Origin: Lama glama | Taxonomy: Eukaryota | Direction: 5' to 3' | Assembly (NCBI GenBank): GCA_028534125.1 | Contig: CM052832.1 | Location: 16,680,001 to 16,744,000 of the forward strand | Length of the DNA: 64,000 nucleotides | In this document: one piece after another, positions 1 through 16,597 of the stretch | Numbering within the stretch: the first letter of the stretch is position 1 | How the letters are laid out: each line of letters opens with the position of its first letter | Program-made: the position numbers and the translations under genes | Notes under the pieces: model-generated | What the model was told of the DNA's origin: nothing | Seen by the model: the letters and a program-made list of their open reading frames with translations, nothing else | The model's database searches: none

Positions 1-1798
1 GTGCAAAGGCACTTAACTCTGTCCAATTCCTAGACTTCTGCTTGGGTCAAATATGCTTGGTGGGCTGGGGCTTTGTTGGGTTAAAAATGCTTTGTCCAAG
101 TAAGCGGATCTCATGATGAAAGTTGAGTAATGATGCTTCCTAACTCTGCATACACGCTCTAGTTGCTGGGAGTAGCGAGATGTTTACAGCGTAACCATGT
201 GAATTAACCATAAGCTGAATTGCTCACCATGGTTTCCTCCCTTTTCATCTCCCTCTATCTCAAAGTGCCATTGCTTTGAGTCATTTGCTGTTTACCTTTG
301 GAAATCAAACATTTTATTTACACAATATACCTAGTAATAATATTTTTACAACTTACTGAGATATTTATATACCATATAGTTTACCTGCTTAAAATAGATA
401 AGTTAACAGGTTTTAGTATATTTACAGAGCTCTCATTAGTGAGTGCTTGCAATTTGCAGACTAAAATCTTTCTTCTCTTCTGTCCTTTTACTTTCTCTGG
501 TCCATCTCTTCCTTGTTTCTGCTTTGAACCTTACTACTTGCATGTTCGTCCTTCTGAATCTATCCTTCAAGTGTCTTCTATTGTCTGGGTGATTTTCATC
601 TCTGATTTGTTGTATCTAATTGAGCAACTTTCCCCACTTGCTCTTCCAGATTACTAATTTTATTTTCAACCAGCCTCTTTGAATTTGTCTATTACAGTTT
701 TAACCTTGAAAAAATGCATGTTTTACAGTTTTTAATTATCTAAATGGATTCCCTTGCCTGATGTCATTCATTTTCACCTTTTTCACATTCTGCTTTCCAC
801 AGTTCACACCAGTGGGAGGCAACATTCTAGGGGGTTCAACTCAACTTATTCTGGTTGCTGGACCCTTTAGGTAAGCTGATGGTGGTGGTGATGGTGGGCC
901 TGCATATGGCTCAGCCTGGCCTCACTGATTGGGATCAATCGTCTGGTTTGCTGACATTTGAGAAGCTCAATGAGTGGTAGAAGGCAGAGCAGTTTCCATT
1001 GCTGTGGGTTGGGATGGACACACCAACAAAGTGCTAATTCTCTCCTGAGGGCTCCATCCCAGGTGGGAGCCCTCTTACTGCCTCTTGGATTCAGAGCAGC
1101 CCAGCCTTTCAAAGCAGCTCCCCTCTGTCCTCCAAGACCTGTAGGTTCAGGGAGGCTTCTAGCCTAGACCGTGAAAGGAGTATGTGCAGCCCTTCCAGGA
1201 GAGAAATTCATGAGCAGCTCAGGCTTTACCCCAGGTGTCTCTGCCATGAGCCTCTGGAAAAGTTAGATCTTAGCAAGCCAGGAAGTCTTTCCCTTGATAA
1301 AAGAGGAAGTGCTTTCTCTCTGCTTCCGAGAGAAAACTATCAACTAGCACCTTTATTCTGACAAGTAGCCCAGGTCTGGAGCTTTTGTAGATGCCCTGGA
1401 AGCTGTGACTGTGAGTGACCACACCCCACCCCACAGCACACCTCCACCTGTCATGCTCTGGGTTCTCTGTGTGCTACCATGTGATCTCTTTGTTCTATAG
1501 GCCTATTCCATGAGCCCCGCTGGGATCCTGGCACCTGCCCTCCCTTCTCATCTCTCCCAATTCAATTCTCTTGTCTGTCTGGGTGAGTCTTGGGGACACC
1601 GGGTTCCTGCTTGGGACAAGAAGGATTAGAAAAAGGGGACAGATATAAATGACATCTCTCAGGTTTACTGTGGAGATTCTGAATGACAGGTGGACTCCAG
1701 CATGAAGTTCTCTTATACCACTGGGAAATTCAGCTCGGCGCTGCAGACACCCACTCATGTGCACACACAGGTGTTCTCTGGGATATAGTTTGTATGTG

Positions 1799-1804
1799 TT
1801 TATT
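1799..1804 (-). terminator. Putative MUC21 polyadenylation signal AATAAA
   Basis: tttatt on the + strand, ~270 nt downstream of the stop codon. Confidence 0.6.
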
Positions 1805-2071
1805 TCTTAATTGTTGTTAAATGACCAACAGAGTCTCCTCTTTCCAGTGTCTGGTAAAAGCAAGAGAGAGGGAGGAAGTGTCTTCCCCAAGGCTGGCAGA
1901 GACCCAAACAAAGCTGCAAAGGGGACTCCTGGGGACAAATGAAAGGACACTCAGATCTCTGGTTCCCCAGGTCAACTTTCTCTGTAAAGAATGTGGCCCT
2001 CTGGCTCCTGCAGCCACTCAGAACCCATTGTAGCTCTCTCATCTCCAAGACTATTGAGGAACTGGTCTTCT

Positions 2072-5159
<3,088 letters not shown>

Positions 5160-5427
5160 CCTGAACTGCGTCTCTGTGGCTGGAAAACAAGATGCCTGGA
5201 TCCCAGATGTGGCTGAGACCTAGAAGGCAAAGAATAGTATTCTTGAGAAAGGAGAGTTCAAGGTGAAAATATAAAGGCTGGAGCTTCTAGGAACGTGGGT
5301 CTCATAAGTATGTGTTCTTGAAAAGAATCTTGAGCTTGGAGGGTGGGAAACTGGATGCCGGGCTCTTTAAGCTTCCTCCATGCGATGTTGTTGCCTCTTT
5401 CTTTATCATGAAAGAGCTACATGGGCC

Positions 5428-5433
5428 TTTATA
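5428..5433 (-). promoter_or_regulatory. Candidate TATA box of MUC21
   Basis: GCTATAAAGG on the minus strand, ~270 nt upstream of the ATG. Confidence 0.5.
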
Positions 5434-6779
5434 GCTTCATCTGGGTCAGGGAGGGGTTGGAAATTTGACTTGTTTTTCTGCCAACTGTGAGCAAGTAACA
5501 AAACAATACTGAGTCTGGGAAGGAATAGACTGGGGGTCAAGAGGAAGGTGAGAAAGGAGAATGACATGATCACACTAGGCAGGGCACTGGGCTGGGTTTG
5601 AGGAGGAAGTAGAACTGAATAAGGAGATCAAGTTTGTCAGAGTGGAAGGGACCCACCCCTGAGGCAGGGATGGGACCAGAAACCTGTTATAGTTCAAAAC
5701 TTTGTTTCCGGGGCAGGAAGTCCTGTGTGCCTGCTTTAGCATGGAATAAGCCCTAACAGACCTAACTGAGGGGGCAGGACCCCACATTTCTGAGTCAAAG
5801 AAAAATATAAGATGTCAAAGAGAGCAATAACTAGGGAGCTGGGGTCCTGGGATCCAGGCAGAAGAAGACAGACAGTGCATTGCTGAGCATGTAGTAGGCA
5901 CTCAACAATGCACGTTGACTAAACAGGGAAAGAGATCCATGGGTAATGTGCCATCTTTGGGGTCTTTGGGGCATAGAGCTGAGGGTGGGGGAGAGTGTTG
6001 AATATGTGGGAACAAGCCACCTGCTACACTCATAGCAGCTAAAGGGGTGGTATAGGGACCTCTTCTGATTCTCAACCATAGGGGTTCCCCTCTTATTTCT
6101 TTTCAGAGGAATGCATGGGAGCTTTTCCTCCCTGGGATCCTTCAGATGTTCCTTCTCATCAGCCTTAATGCAGCATCTCTCTGTAGGCTATCCCATGGGC
6201 ACCACATTAGGAGATTTCAAGTCTGTTGGGAGAGGGAGATACATAGTCCAAGTCCTCTGGGAACTTGGGTCTGGACACAGATATAGCAGCAGAAAGGACA
6301 CACAGTCAGCTAAATGAGCGTGACTGAACAGACCCAAATGAGTGGAGAGTTTGGGGAGTTAACAGAAAAGCCTTCTTGCAGCCAGGGTGAGGGGCGTAGG
6401 ATTGATGGGAGTTCCAGTGACAGTCTGTATGACCAAAGGCAGCTGTCTCCATTCCCTGTCAACAAAGAGAAACTTCGTGGAAGAAGCGACATCTCAGGTA
6501 ATTTATTTATAGGTGAACGGGCATCCCCATTATGTAAGACCTGCTAGAAAGAAACTGGCAAGCAGAAGGTGGCTAGAGACATGAAGGAGCTTGGAATAAG
6601 TGAATCTGAGAATCAGGAGGGATGGGGTGTGCTAGGAAAGGCTACATGCTGATGTGCCTAGCGTCTGTGATCGGCAGCTCCTGAGGCTGAGATGTGAGGG
6701 GGCAGTGACAGGTGGCGGCCTGGACTCCCAGCAACCCTATTCTGTGGCTGTAAAGCCAACAGCACTCTAAGAAAGAAAA

Positions 6780-8890
6780 CTTTTCTTCCCTCTAAAATTA
6801 TTTGGAGGCAGAGGTCCTGAATTCAGATCAAGATTTTACCTTTTAGAGTTATCCTAAAAATTTTTACACGCATACTTACCAGTCTGAATGTAATTAATAT
6901 CTTTACCCTCCTTCAAAACAATACAAGGACCTTGGAACACTTTTCATTCTGATTATCTATCTCCCAACTGATACCCTAACATTACTGAGTATATTAATTC
7001 TATCTTTTTTTTTTAACTTCATGAGAGATCATTGCCGTCTGCTCACACACCATTAAGAACATAGTCATACGGCTGCAAGAGAAATACAGTCCCTTGCTGG
7101 GCGGACGTGCTCAACTAAAACTTGGGAATTCCATTGTTAAAGATGGAGAAGGGATACTAGTAGACAATCACAAAGCTACGACAATACCTAGTTTTTTTTT
7201 GTGGATCTGATCTTGCTGTCTGTTCTGTTTTGTTTTGTTTCTTACTAGCTTTCACTCATGGTGCCTCGTTTGTGATTAGAGATTTATGACTATAAATTTA
7301 TTTTTCTTGAATTATTATCTGTATAAGTCTTTTGAAACCTGAGATGAAGGTCTGATCTTCCACAGAGAATTTGCGTGTTTTTACTAAGCATATGGAGACA
7401 ATCCCATTTGAGGATTACTTTAAATTAAATTATAAGCTTGAAGTCTTTTGAATTACCCAGATTGCATGATTTGGGGCTGCAAACTCTGTAGAGTATTGTG
7501 GTTACAAGTTATTTCTCAAGATGTACTTCCTCCATTCTTCCTTCCCATGCACGGAGTTTAGAGACAGGCAGTTTGCTTGCATTTCCTGGGAGGAGGGATA
7601 GGTTTGTTTTTATTTTACACTCTCCCTGAACGTCTCAGATTTATGTGAAGGTCTGTTACAAGAGTCCTCACCTGGGCTGGTCCAACTGAGGCTGTGCTTC
7701 CTAAAACTTAAGTTCACTGGTTTGACAAAATTTGGCTTGAGTACTACACTTACCTCCTTGGGTTCCTACCTTAACTTAGTGTTTCCTTTCAGCATTCCTT
7801 ATTTTCTTGTCAAATCATTGACACATTTAAGAAGAATTGAAAAAAAAAAAAGCCTGGTTTTTCTCACTTCACCTTTAAAGGGTTTAAAATTGTTTCATAT
7901 CTGGTCAAGTTGAGATTTTTAAGAACTTTATTTTTAATTTTTAATAAAAGTTTACAGCTTGGTTTTTTTTTTAAAGTCAGCAATCTGCAAGCACCTGTTA
8001 ATAAAGGTCTTAAATAATGAAAAAGAAGAATTTTTAGTTTTTCAGTATATTTTAAGTCAATACACCTAGAGCCAGAAATTTAAGTTCTTATTAGATTGCT
8101 TTGAGAAATAAATGATGGTGTATTTACAGGCACAGCACAGCGGCACATAAAAACATGCAATAATAAAGGACAAAGGAAAAGCGTAAATATACAGATGCCA
8201 AGTGTGTTTTGAGATTTTAACAGTAGCGCATCCCAGTGGTTTTCTCCTTACTTGTCATATAGCATTTGGAAAAGACAAAGAAGTAGGGAGGAAGAATCTT
8301 CCCAAAGATAAAGGAGACCTGGAGGGCACTGAGTAAGTCAAAGATGGCTTTCTATCTACCCAGTTTGTATGATTTGAACTTACAGACCCAAATGAAGAAT
8401 GTCATGCAAATTCTCAGGGAGGTTTTTTTTTTTTTAACACCCCCCTCCATTCAGTGTCAAGTTTAGAGCCAGACATTTGTCTCAGTCACCGATGTGCGTG
8501 GTGGGCAATACAATTTTATTCTAGTTTAACCATACACTGAAGCGTTAACCCTTTTAGATTTCAGCTTTCTTTAGAGTCTCCTGTTAGGCTCCGCCCCTTA
8601 TGCAGATCCTGGAATTTGTCTCCTATACCCTAAGTGCTAAGAAGCTGTGAGAAGATAAGCTTAAATTCACCAGATTTGGCAAATACCCTCTTTATGAAGG
8701 TTGGATCAGATTTCTCCTTCATCCTCTCAGTCTCTGCCTTCTCTTGACTATTGATCTAAGTGTTACTTACTATCTACCCAGCTGACTGATACAGGTACAA
8801 AGATTTTTTTCAGTATTTTATCCAGCAATTTTTGTTCCTTTCATTAAGAGGGGTGGTTAGTGTATCCTTTCCACTATATTGCCAGAAAAG
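6780..8890 (-). mobile_element. Ancient L1-like fragments (two similar degraded copies at ~7400-7830 and ~8350-8890)
   Basis: AT-rich sequence with shared motifs (cccag.ttg.atgatttg; gtttagag.cag; aa.ttcac) in both blocks. Family assignment is by eye only. Confidence 0.4.
7839..8022 (+). pseudogene. YBX1: 5'-truncated retrocopy of the YBX1 mRNA 3'UTR end
   Basis: agcctggtttttctc...aaattgtttcatatctggtcaagttgagatttttaagaact...tgcaagcacctgttaataaaggtcttaaataa matches the recalled YBX1 3'UTR. AATAAA at 8000-8005; TSD aagaagaatt at 7829-7838 and 8023-8032. Confidence 0.75.
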
Positions 8891-9993
8891 TGGAAGTTCT
8901 CAAAAGATTGTTTTGAAGTTACAAATTTCAGAATCGTTAAATGGTAGTGTATTTAAAGTTACCTAGTACAATGCTTAGCACCTAGTAAACACTCAGTACC
9001 AAAGAGAAAAAGGAGGGAAAAGAATGCCCAAACAGATAAACAAGGAAACAGGTCATCCTGCTACCACAAATAGTATGAGTTGTTTTGGGTTTTTTTGTGT
9101 TTGGGGGATTTGTTTGTTTGTTAAGCTCTAATAATATCATCTTTCCTCCTACTGGTCTTAGTGTGTCCTGAGGAAATAAAAAAGAATTCCCAAGTGAAAA
9201 GGGCACAGGTTATTATTACTTGCACATTAGGAGTGCAAAGAGGAATTGTTCTGGTCACTGTGACTTCCTAAGAGGTAAGCTCAGGGAGTATCTTTACTTG
9301 AGCTATCCCAACCTGATGAGGCTACAGATCTCCTCCAGAAACACTCTTTGTTTTTCTGGCTGCCCTGTTAGTCAAACCCTCTGTGACCTCTATTCTCTGG
9401 TTCTTTTCTTGACCTTGCTGATGATCATTTCTCATGGCCAATCCCTTGAAGAGCTCTTGGAAGCCCATCTTGACCCATTTTATGATCACTGCCTTCTCCT
9501 CCATGATCCCCTTCATCGTCAATGTTTTTGTTTTTATTTTTATTTTTTCCAGAGGACCCTTCATTATCCAGTCTGTGTCCACACTCCCCATTCTTCCTTG
9601 GTGGCCTCTGCTGTGATCTACTTCACAGCTCTTGTTATGGCCTCCTCCACATTCATGACTCCTGCCATGATTCACGCCATTACTACCCCCTTGGCTGTGG
9701 CTTAATTCATGGCGCACTCCATGGCCTACTTGGAGTCCAAAACCTCTCCATATGCCTCTCCATGAACCAGTTCATTTTCCAGACCATGGAACATGCCAGA
9801 GCCCAATCCTGAGTCCAGGTCCAGACCAGTTCTGTGGTCATGGAGTTTATCAATGCCTCTATTTATCAGGGAAAAAGAAAAGCCCTTCTAAAAGAGAGGG
9901 AAAAAAAAACATTATTATTAGTGTTAAATCCTCTTCTTTTGGATCATTAAAACTTGGATTGTCAAAAATCACAAATTTTCACTTTTCATCCAT

Positions 9994-9994
<1 letters not shown>

Positions 9995-10028
<34 letters not shown>
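9995..10028. repeat. (TG)n(AG)n microsatellite
   Basis: Direct reading. Confidence 0.9.
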
Positions 10029-10149
10029 TATTGTTGGCTTTCTACTCTGTACTTTGGCAAATCTCTCTGAGAGTTGAATCTCCCAGAAACAGGGAGTCTT
10101 TCATTGTGTTAGTCAGCTGAGAAAGTTGTGTATCTATGATGACAGGTAA

Positions 10150-10370
10150 AAGTAAATAAAAGTTCATAAAACGGAAGTCAGAATAATAGTTACCTTTGGT
10201 TGGGCTGGTACTGACAGGGAGGGGACACACAGGAAACTACTCAGGTGATAGAAATGTTCAATATTTTGAACTGGGTGTGGTTATTTGGGTGTGTACACAT
10301 TTTTAACTTAATCAAGCTGTACACTTGAGATTTGTATACTTCTTGTAAATTACACTTCAAAATGTTTTTA
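10150..10370 (+). mobile_element. Old L1 (L1M-type) 3' end
   Basis: gaagtcagaataatagttacc...ggtgatagaaatgttc...gtacacttgagatttgtatac. Confidence 0.7.
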
Positions 10371-10419
10371 AAAGGTAAAGGAAGGCCCATAAAGAACTAA
10401 GGCTTGGAGAACCAGCTTT

Positions 10420-10680
10420 AAACACTGTGGCTAGGAGCACAGGCTCTCCTGTGAATCAGACTTGGATTAGAGTTCCAGCTCTGTCACCACTTCGCCCTGT
10501 GATCTTCAGCAAATTACTTCAGCCTCTGACTCCAGTGTCCTCACCTGTTAAATGGGATAGTAAGAGTACTGCCCCAAAGGTGGTTATGCAGAGTTAAGGA
10601 AAGACAATGCTCCCTTGCACTTTTAGTTCTGCACTTCACACCTAGTAAGCAGTTAATAAAATGCTCGTTATTATTATTAC
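10420..10680 (-). mobile_element. MIR SINE
   Basis: ttccagctctgtcaccactt...cagtgtcctcacctgttaaatgggatag...ttattattatt. Confidence 0.75.
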
Positions 10681-11569
10681 ATCTTTATCTTAAACAATTA
10701 GAGGATTGTTCATGGCTGGTGACTCACATTTTGTTCTCACCATAGGGAGGGATCAGAGGATCTGGAATAAGAAACTCAAGTGAAAAAATAAGAAACTTGA
10801 GTAAGTTGGTTGTAAATCATTTGTGTCTTCACACACCATTTGTGGCTGGTGTGTGAATTTTTTCATTTACTTAATTTACTTAATGTGTAACTCTGGCTTA
10901 TCCTACACATGCTGAAGACTACTTACAGGAATACATACTGCAGAAATGGGAAAGTAGAAATATCTTTTTCAAAAAGAGAACAAAAAAAGATATATTAGAA
11001 TAGAAAATTAAGATCAAAATGGGGAATAGAATGCAGAAGTGTAGTCTGCTGCTGGCGCATGGCTGTCACACCCACCTCAGGGAACTGTAGTGGGTTTCAG
11101 GCCTTGAAATAGGTCAGCTCTCAGAGGCTCAGAAGCCTTCCCTAGTACACGTCTCTGGGGCTTCTGTCCTTGCTAAGGTTACGTTCTTGTTATTGGCCCT
11201 TAGTAGGTAGTCAGGTATCTTGAATTTCCAGCCTATTTGAGCTGTGCTAACAGGTATCTATCAAAGTGATTTTCTTTTCACTTGGATACAATCGTAAAAG
11301 GAGGGGAAAAGAGGCCTTCACTCTCACCCTGGGAAGTTGCACATGGTAATGTCTATAAAGATCATGGAAAATCTGTTGGGGGTGCAAATGTTCATCACTT
11401 TCTCGAAATCCTTTTTATTGTACTAAGTTCCAGCTATTTGATAAAAGATGTGCTTTCCTTCATGCTCGTCTCATCAACATCACATAGACTGATGCTCTTA
11501 TCTCTCTTTTGGGGCACCCTTCAGCTTTTTTCTCTTTTTTCTATTTCTCACTACATCTATGATTGATAT

Positions 11570-11760
11570 TTTTAAAAATATATTTTTATGAAGTATAGTC
11601 AGTTTACAATGTTGTGTCAATTTCTGTTGTACAGCACAATACTTCAGTCATATACGAGCATATTCTTTTTAACCATAAGTTACTACAAGATATTGAATAT
11701 AGTCCCTTGTGCTATACAATACAACCTTGTTGTTTATCTATTTTATATGTAGTAGTTATG
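11570..11760 (-). mobile_element. Cetartiodactyl-type L1 3' end
   Basis: gaagtatagtcagtttacaatgttgtgtcaatttctgttgtacagc...tattgaatatagtcccttgtgctatac. Related copies at 14170-14365 and 18985-19050. Confidence 0.8.
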
Positions 11761-12575
11761 ATTTATATTTTGATTGACATTTTCTGTTTTTTGTCCTCTC
11801 TGGTCTTTGTATTACCATATGTGAAAAAGTAAACATCAGACTGAGAAAGTAACAGTCTACTCTGCCTTTAACAATGTAGATAAAGCCAGCTGCAGAGTTC
11901 ACTGGAAAGAATATTTTCCCCTTTACAGCTGTAAAGCATCAAAACAACCCCTTTCTCTGAGGGACCTACTCATTTTCAATGATTGAGCTGATGAAAAATT
12001 CAGTTCTCTAAAATCATTGGCTATCACAAATTTGCTGTTTGGAGATACATCAGTAAGAAGGAAATATCCCATTCTTGCCTCAAGAAGCTGTTACTTTGAC
12101 TCAGAGAAGCATCCTGGATTTGTTACCCCAGGGCAGATTACAGTTTCTGTGTACAATGTTCCACGTCTCTTGTAACTTTGTAGTTTCCAAGAAAACTGGG
12201 TCCACTTCATGGTCTAGAACTGCTGTGGACCCTTGTACACACAGCCCTGTTTTGTTTTGAGAGAACTAAAACTCTGCTGCATTCGACTTTCACCCAAACG
12301 CCACACTTCCCTCAATACTGTAATTCTTTTCTCCTTAGTTGGTAAGAAGCTCCTTACTCTGCTCCCTCTAGCATACAGTCTCCTCTGGTGCAACGAGCCA
12401 AGAAAGCTGAACTTGTGAGACTGCGAGTTCTCTCCTGCTGCCCTTAGGGTGACTGGGTTAGGATACACGTGACTCTCCGCACACTGCTTTCTCATTCTGA
12501 ATATCTTAGTGGTCCTATTCCCGTTCTCCTATTCCCACTCATGATCCATCTTCTAGGTGGGTTCCCCTGTCTTCA

Positions 12576-12815
<240 letters not shown>

Positions 12816-13777
12816 TCAATGACACTCCAATAGTGGATGTGCCCAGGCCAGTGGTATTCTGCATTGTCCCAAGGACTGTACTGCTGGTAACAGGCACTGT
12901 GGAGTCCATTCCAGGAGCTCAGAGATGGGGGTAGTTGTTCTAGTTCCAGTGGTCCTAGTGCCTGGGAAATAAGTCACACAATATGACGCATTTGTAGTAG
13001 AGATACTTAACAGGGAGAGAGGGATACTTAGAGCAGAGGGGTTGAATCTAACACACCTGGGGTGCTACAGGTTTGAAGAGAGGTTTTGCAGTGGGAGGAG
13101 AGATGGTAGGAAGTGATTCGTCTGAGGCCATGGTTCCCAGAATAGAAGTGGATATCTTAGAAAGAAGAGGTAACATATATGCATGGACAGTGCCACTGAT
13201 GGTGGAGTCAGAAGATTAAGGAAGTGTGACCATGATTGATGCAGAAGTGGGAGATCTATTCACTCAGGGAGGTAGCCACCCACAGAGAAGAGAGTGGGCT
13301 GGGATAAAGGGAATAGAGTTTGATGCCTTGTGATGTAGTCACTGGATGTAAGGATGATGTCAGAGGAAGAGATGATAGAATCAGGTTTATTCATGGGTGA
13401 GACAGTGATCGTGACTTGGAGCAGAGGTGACAGAATTGAACACAATCATAGTGGTCAACAAAGACGAGCTGAGTGTGCGCAGAACAGATGTGGAAGAACC
13501 TGACCCACGTGGAGGAGACTGGCCCCAAGGACAGGAGAGGGTAAACTCAGACAAGGTGGGAGGACCTAATATAGAAGAGGCGGTGGAGGTGGTTGTGTTT
13601 AGACCAGAAGTGGCTACACTGAAACTGGAACAGCGCCAATCACTGGAATAGCAGCGGGAGGCTCAGAACAAAGTGGGTAGAAACAGTTCCAACAGGAGTG
13701 CAGATGGCAAGTGCAGAAGTGGCCTTAATCAGAGCAAGTGCCGGAGTATGAAAAAAATTAGTTTTGGTCTTAGATTA

Positions 13778-13987
13778 GAGCAAGGGTTGGCGAACTTTTC
13801 CTGTAAAGGGTCAGATGATAAATTTTTAAGATATTTGATCACAGTCTCTCTCATAATTATGCAAAGTAGCTGGAAAGCAGCTGTAGATGTGCACAAGTAG
13901 GTGTGGCTGTGCTCCAATAGGACTTTATTTGGGAAAAGAGACAGCAGACAAGACTTAGCTTATGAAGTATAGTTTGCAACCGCTGGA
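13778..13987. mobile_element. MER58-like hAT DNA transposon remnant
   Basis: cagggttggcgaacttttcctgtaaagggtcagat...tagtttgcaaccgctg termini. A similar copy lies at ~42013-42238. Confidence 0.7.
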
Positions 13988-14169
13988 CCAGCGGTCAGTA
14001 TATTGAAGACGAAGTGGTGATGTCAGAGGTGGCCTTGTGGGGGTTGGGGGTGGGGTCCCCATTTACCTGCATCTGGGACATGAAGAACCTTCCCCACTCC
14101 CCCAAACACACACCCTTTGAGCTCCAGTGCTCCATTTTGATCCTTGAGGCCTTGGTTGGGTTGGATATT

Positions 14170-14365
14170 TTGCTTTATTTTGTTTTGGTTTTTATTTATG
14201 TATGTATGTATTTTTATTGAAGGGTAGTAGGTTTACAACATTGTGTTAATTTCTGTTGTACAGTGTAGTGTTTCAGTTATGTATATAAGTATATATATTC
14301 CTTTTCATATTATTTTTTATAAGATATTGAATATAGTTCCCTGTGCTATACAGTAGAACCTGGTT
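14170..14365 (-). mobile_element. L1 3' end
   Basis: Same family text as 11570-11760. Confidence 0.75.
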
Positions 14366-15904
14366 ATTTTGGTTTGGTTTGGTTATTTTTAAATTAAGGT
14401 TTTTAAATTAGGGTTCAGCCTGGGGAAATTCAATGGTTAGAGGCTGGGGTTGGGGGTTATCTGCTTTCTGTCCAGGGTGAGTGACACTCCTGTCCTGGCA
14501 GCTGCCTCATGCTGAGTCCCATCTGCCCAGATAACTAAAAACTGGGCGGCCTCCTCCTTTTTCCTATGGCACTCCAGTGCTCTTCTGGAACCCAGGTGTC
14601 CCTCTCTGCCTCAAGGCTTTCTCTCCAGGGATATAAATCTGAGGTCCCACTGGCACCTGTGTGCCTCCTTTCTGGGCAGAGCAGATCTCTAGTGGGAGAT
14701 TCAGAGACTCTTGGTCTGAGGGCCCTCCTGGCAGATAATTCAGTGACAAGAGTGTCCAGATTAGGATTATTGTCCAGGATGGGCCTCCAGCTTTCCCACA
14801 GATAGCTACCCACAGCCCTGCTAGTTGCTTCTGGCAGGAGTTAAGGTTGGAATGCCTGTGGAAAACTAGAGTGCCTTCCCGATCAGTGAAGACGCTGATG
14901 CCACCCTCCTCTGGTCAGAGTGACAGCTGAGGCTACGTGGATGATGGGCAGTGGTCCTGCTGGGACTGACACCTGGGCCCTGAAGCAGGGCTGGTGTCCT
15001 ACTGTGAAGTGGGATATGGCAGATGCCCGTAGATATTGGGTTTAATTCTTTAGAGTCTGGTTTTATACTATGTGGTACTGCCTTGTGAAAACTCTTACTG
15101 AATTATTTAATTCTCCTGTCTCTGTGTCTCAGATGGGAGCTGTGTCTTATCCTTCTTTGTAGTCCTCAACAAAATATATAAAAGGTGCTTAGAAATACTT
15201 GCTTGTGAATTAACACATTTCCTCCTCATTGGGTCACCATGCAAATGAGCCCAGCATGAACTCAGGCTGGCTCTTCTAATGATGCTTTACTTTGTAAATA
15301 GTGTATACTTTATTATAAAAAGACCAATAGATAGAAAGAAGCTATCTGTCATCATTTGATTCTCCCTTTTCCCTCTACCCAACCAGTAGTAGGTGAAAGG
15401 GCTTTAACAAATTGGAGAGAAAATCCAGAAAATGTACACAGATGAAATGTCTCTGGGGAAAAATATCAGAATCTGGGATGAAGGCATGAGGAGAGAGGAC
15501 AGGGGCAATAGAGAAGACTCCTACAGGAAAAAGCCAAGACTTTGGGGCTTTGGAGGAAGAGACAGGAAAATAAATGATGCGTGGGAAACACCCTCAGGGA
15601 AGGTCTGGGATGGGGATCTATGCATGAGACTGCAGGCCAACAAAAATCCCTCCCTGCGTGCCCACCCACCACCCACCAGTCAAACCCACAGGAAGCCCAC
15701 TGTAGACATTTAGAAAAACTAAGGGATTCAGGAGGAAGAGGGAAGAGCCATCTGGGTGAGAGATATTTATGATCTTTTCTGGAATTCTCCTGGGATTGGA
15801 GAGGGTGGAAAGGAAAATAAATCTTTTCTGCTTGGATCCTATTTGAAAAAAAAAAAACCAAAAAGTCACTAAAGGGGATAGGAAGGGATAAATTAGGGGT
15901 TCGA

Positions 15905-16080
15905 AATTTGCACCTCTTGGGGAGTGATGGAAATTTTAGGTATCTTGATTGTGGCGGTGGTTTCATAGGTGTATACATCTATCAAAAGTCATCAAATTGT
16001 ACATTTGAAATATATGTAGTTTATTGTACAGGAATTATAGCACAATAAAATTGTTAAAAAAAAAAAAGAACAAAACAAAA
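15905..16080 (+). mobile_element. Old L1 3' end with A-rich tail
   Basis: ggagtgatggaaatttt...atcttgattgtggcggtgg...caataaaattgttaaaaaaaa. Confidence 0.7.
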
Positions 16081-16597
16081 AGTCAGGGGCCCTGGAAACT
16101 CAGAGATAAGCCTGTTTACACACAAACTCTAAGTGATGGTAGGTGGAGATAATATAGGTTGGTCCTGAAACCCAGGGGCTCTGTCTTCCATCTCCCCCTG
16201 CCCATAATCCTGATTCAGTCAGGCCTGGGGCATTGCTTTCTAAGGCTCCCCAAAATCCCTTCACTGCGCCACCTCTCACAGGACTCAGAGCCTGTATTTG
16301 TCCCCACCTCATGTATCTATCAGACATCTTTTCATTTTCAGATCATCATCTTCTACAGAGAATACTTGCTTGTATTACTCATTCTTTCTTTTTTTATACT
16401 CCAAACACACACCCTTTTTGCTTATCCCTTCATCCCTTGACCAGTTTCAATAAGAACACAGCAGTTGAAGGGTTAATGTGTTAACTGTCAGTACTTTGCC
16501 CTTCCTGGAGTCAAGGAAATAGGAATTGTGGGTCTAATCTTCCATCTAGGAAAGAGACAGGGCATGGAAGAGCTGAGGGTGGGCGATTTCTGAAGGA

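Noticed and set aside
220..250. Minus-strand ACCATG|GTGAG, a possible first exon of a gene beyond the window
   Set aside because: Too short and unsupported without the adjacent sequence.
9322..9717. 131-aa standalone ORF
   Set aside because: Frameshifted remainder of the MUC22-like tail running into former 3'UTR.
14500..15030. Possible missing 5' exons of the MUC22-like gene
   Set aside because: An acceptor-like ttttccacag is followed by a stop within ~12 codons, and no signal-peptide exon could be built.
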